Assembly (NCBI GenBank): GCA_963803145.1
Contig: CAWDLW010000026.1
Location: 33,288 to 97,287 of the forward strand
Length of the DNA stretch: 64,000 bases
DNA from: Methanotrichaceae archaeon
GTDB taxonomy: Archaea > Halobacteriota > Methanosarcinia > Methanotrichales > Methanotrichaceae
Direction: 5' to 3'
Below are positions 60,655-64,000 of the stretch, piece by piece (position 1 is the first letter of the stretch; each line of letters begins with the position of its first letter). The translations under genes were made by a program, and so were the position numbers. The notes beneath the pieces were generated by a model. It saw nothing but the letters and a program-made list of their open reading frames with translations. It did no database searches and was not told the origin of the DNA.

Positions 60655-60745
60655 AGTAAAGAGAGAAAACGGGGAGTCCTTGGTGGTAACATGTTTTGTT
60701 ACAGACTCCCCGACAGTGTGCCCACAGCATGGGCACATTTCCTAT
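60655..60745 (-). ncRNA. Candidate small RNA divergent from amtB
   Basis: Two strong hairpins (60717-60737 and 60670-60712), followed on the minus strand by TTTTCTCTCTTT. Confidence 0.4.
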
Positions 60746-60939
60746 TTACGTTGTAACATATCAATATAATTGGGATAATTTGAGAAAAGTTCATACTAGA
60801 ACATATTTTTTATGAGAATGTATCAAACATCTTTTTGTATCCCGCAGAAAAGGAATTATTGTAAGCTTTGGACAGCACTTCTTAGATGAGGGAGTCTGCG
60901 GGAATAATGAGAATAGATAATTAATTTAATTAGGTTAAG

Positions 60940-62573
<1,634 letters not shown>

Positions 62574-62662
62574 ACATCAAAAGGTTCGGGCTATCTTTAT
62601 ATATTTTCTTCTAAATTAAATCTTGACACTCATACTAGCGAGTTACATGTACCAATCGAGCG

Positions 62663-63643
62663 TTAGAGTCGCAAAATCGAGAGGATAGCTCTTAGGGCGA
62701 AACCCGAAAGTTTCTTTCCCTTGCTAGCGATTGCAGAAGAATGCCGCGGCTTCATTACTGTTTCTGATGCTGTCTTAAGGTTGGTCGTGACTTTGTTCAG
62801 CATGTAAATGCTCCCCATTATAAGACCCATGCCCAAGATCTCTATTCCGAGCAGCTTCTCATGTAATAAGAGAGAGCCGGAGACCACGGTTACGACTGGG
62901 ATCAGGTTCAAAAAGGTCGTTGAGACCGTTGCACCCAGCTTTTTTACTGCATAAATGTAGCAGAGATATTCCATGGCTGAGCAGAACACACCCAGAAATA
63001 CCAGATTTGCCAGTATCGAGGGGGTGATAGAAGCAAGCTCAGGCCATCTTTTGATCTCTGGAATGACAAAAGGCATGAATACGAAGATGCTCGCCAGAGA
63101 TTGATATGTGATAATGGTCAAACCCGAATACTTTTTATCTAGATTTTTATTTAAAAAGGTGTAAACAACCCAACAAATCATGGACCCCATCATTAGCAGA
63201 TTGCCATAGAACCTGGCTGACGAAAAGTCTAAGCGGCCATCGACTGTCACCACCAGATAAACCCCAACAATCGATAGCAAGATGCAGACCGCCATCTTCC
63301 AGCTTATCCTTTGTCCGAAGAAGAGAGCTTCTATAATGACCGCAAATAAGGGCATGGCAGCCACGAGCATGGATGCGTTGGAGGCCGTAGTGTACTGAAG
63401 GGCATTATTTTCAAAGATGAAGTAGAGTACGATTCCTAGCAGGCTGGTGATTAAGAGGGTTCCCAGATCTTTAAGGGTTATCTTAGGTAGGGAATGAGTG
63501 AGTAGGGCCAGAGGAATTAAAATGGCCGTGGCAATTGAATACCTAAAGAAGGCTATCGAGACTGGTGGGATTTGGGCCAGGACAACTTTGGTGCTGATTA
63601 TGGACAAACCCCAGAATACCACAGTCAATACCATTAGAAGCAA
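62663..63643 (-). CDS. EamA/DMT-family transporter
   Basis: About 10 TM helices; FWG, ENNALQYTTASNASML and FLNLIPV motifs. Confidence 0.9.
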   Translation of the reverse strand: MLLMVLTVVFWGLSIISTKVVLAQIPPVSIAFFRYSIATAILIPLALLTHSLPKITLKDLGTLLITSLLGIVLYFIFENNALQYTTASNASMLVAAMPLFAVIIEALFFGQRISWKMAVCILLSIVGVYLVVTVDGRLDFSSARFYGNLLMMGSMICWVVYTFLNKNLDKKYSGLTIITYQSLASIFVFMPFVIPEIKRWPELASITPSILANLVFLGVFCSAMEYLCYIYAVKKLGATVSTTFLNLIPVVTVVSGSLLLHEKLLGIEILGMGLIMGSIYMLNKVTTNLKTASETVMKPRHSSAIASKGKKLSGFALRAILSILRL

Positions 63644-64000
63644 AGCTAAATGGCGTTCTTTCTTTCCTTCTTTTATTCCTTCGACGATTTGCTACGGCAG
63701 GCCCAAGAATGCTCACCATATTAGTTGCTAGGTTGTGGCAGGCTGTAATCCCTATATATCTTCTTTTATGAAAAGTTATGAAAATTGCCCAGCTAGAACT
63801 GGATGGGGATGAGCTGAAAGATACTGATTTTCAATGATGTGGTATATTTAGTAAGCGTTGTAAAAAATAAAGTCCGAGAAAGATTGCAGCGAGAACTAAG
63901 ACATCTAAGATTATGTGAAGCGCGATTTTACGGGCAGAGCCAACTTCTCTTTTGGCGTCTTTGATAGTTTCCTCATCATGTTTACCTATGTACTCTGGCA

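Noticed and set aside
60523-60738. 71-aa ORF starting MCPCCG
   Set aside because: No second Cys pair or family signal; it coincides with strong hairpins, so a structured RNA is favoured. Not fully excluded.

Overview
A 64-kb chromosomal segment from a methanogenic archaeon, most likely Methanothrix-like (Methanotrichaceae). This is inferred from mptA, mptN, methanogenesis marker 14, a PGF-CTERM protein and many lineage-type secreted proteins. Housekeeping genes (mptA, kptA, aroE, tyrA, moaA, thiL, purA, amtB-glnK, fused aguB-aguA) alternate with transporters, secreted or surface proteins and mobile DNA. The mobile DNA comprises an internally deleted TnpB element, an IS4/IS5-type element disrupted by an intact IS630 with an adjacent MITE, an intact IS66-type element with 8-bp TSDs, and two families of short dispersed palindromic repeats. 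No rRNA, tRNA or CRISPR array was seen. The best leads are: (1) a perfect BirA-type operator in front of an orphan Na+:solute symporter (candidate archaeal biotin transporter); (2) two transporter-less NMT1/SsuA-type binding proteins coupled to a hybrid sensor kinase; (3) a probable two-hairpin sRNA divergent from amtB-glnK; (4) a ~92-aa extracellular domain shuffled between two proteins; (5) a membrane-anchored HTH regulator next to helically phased direct repeats. Many single-base frameshifts at 37-45 kb may be assembly errors. All assignments come from motif recognition by eye; no database searches were run.
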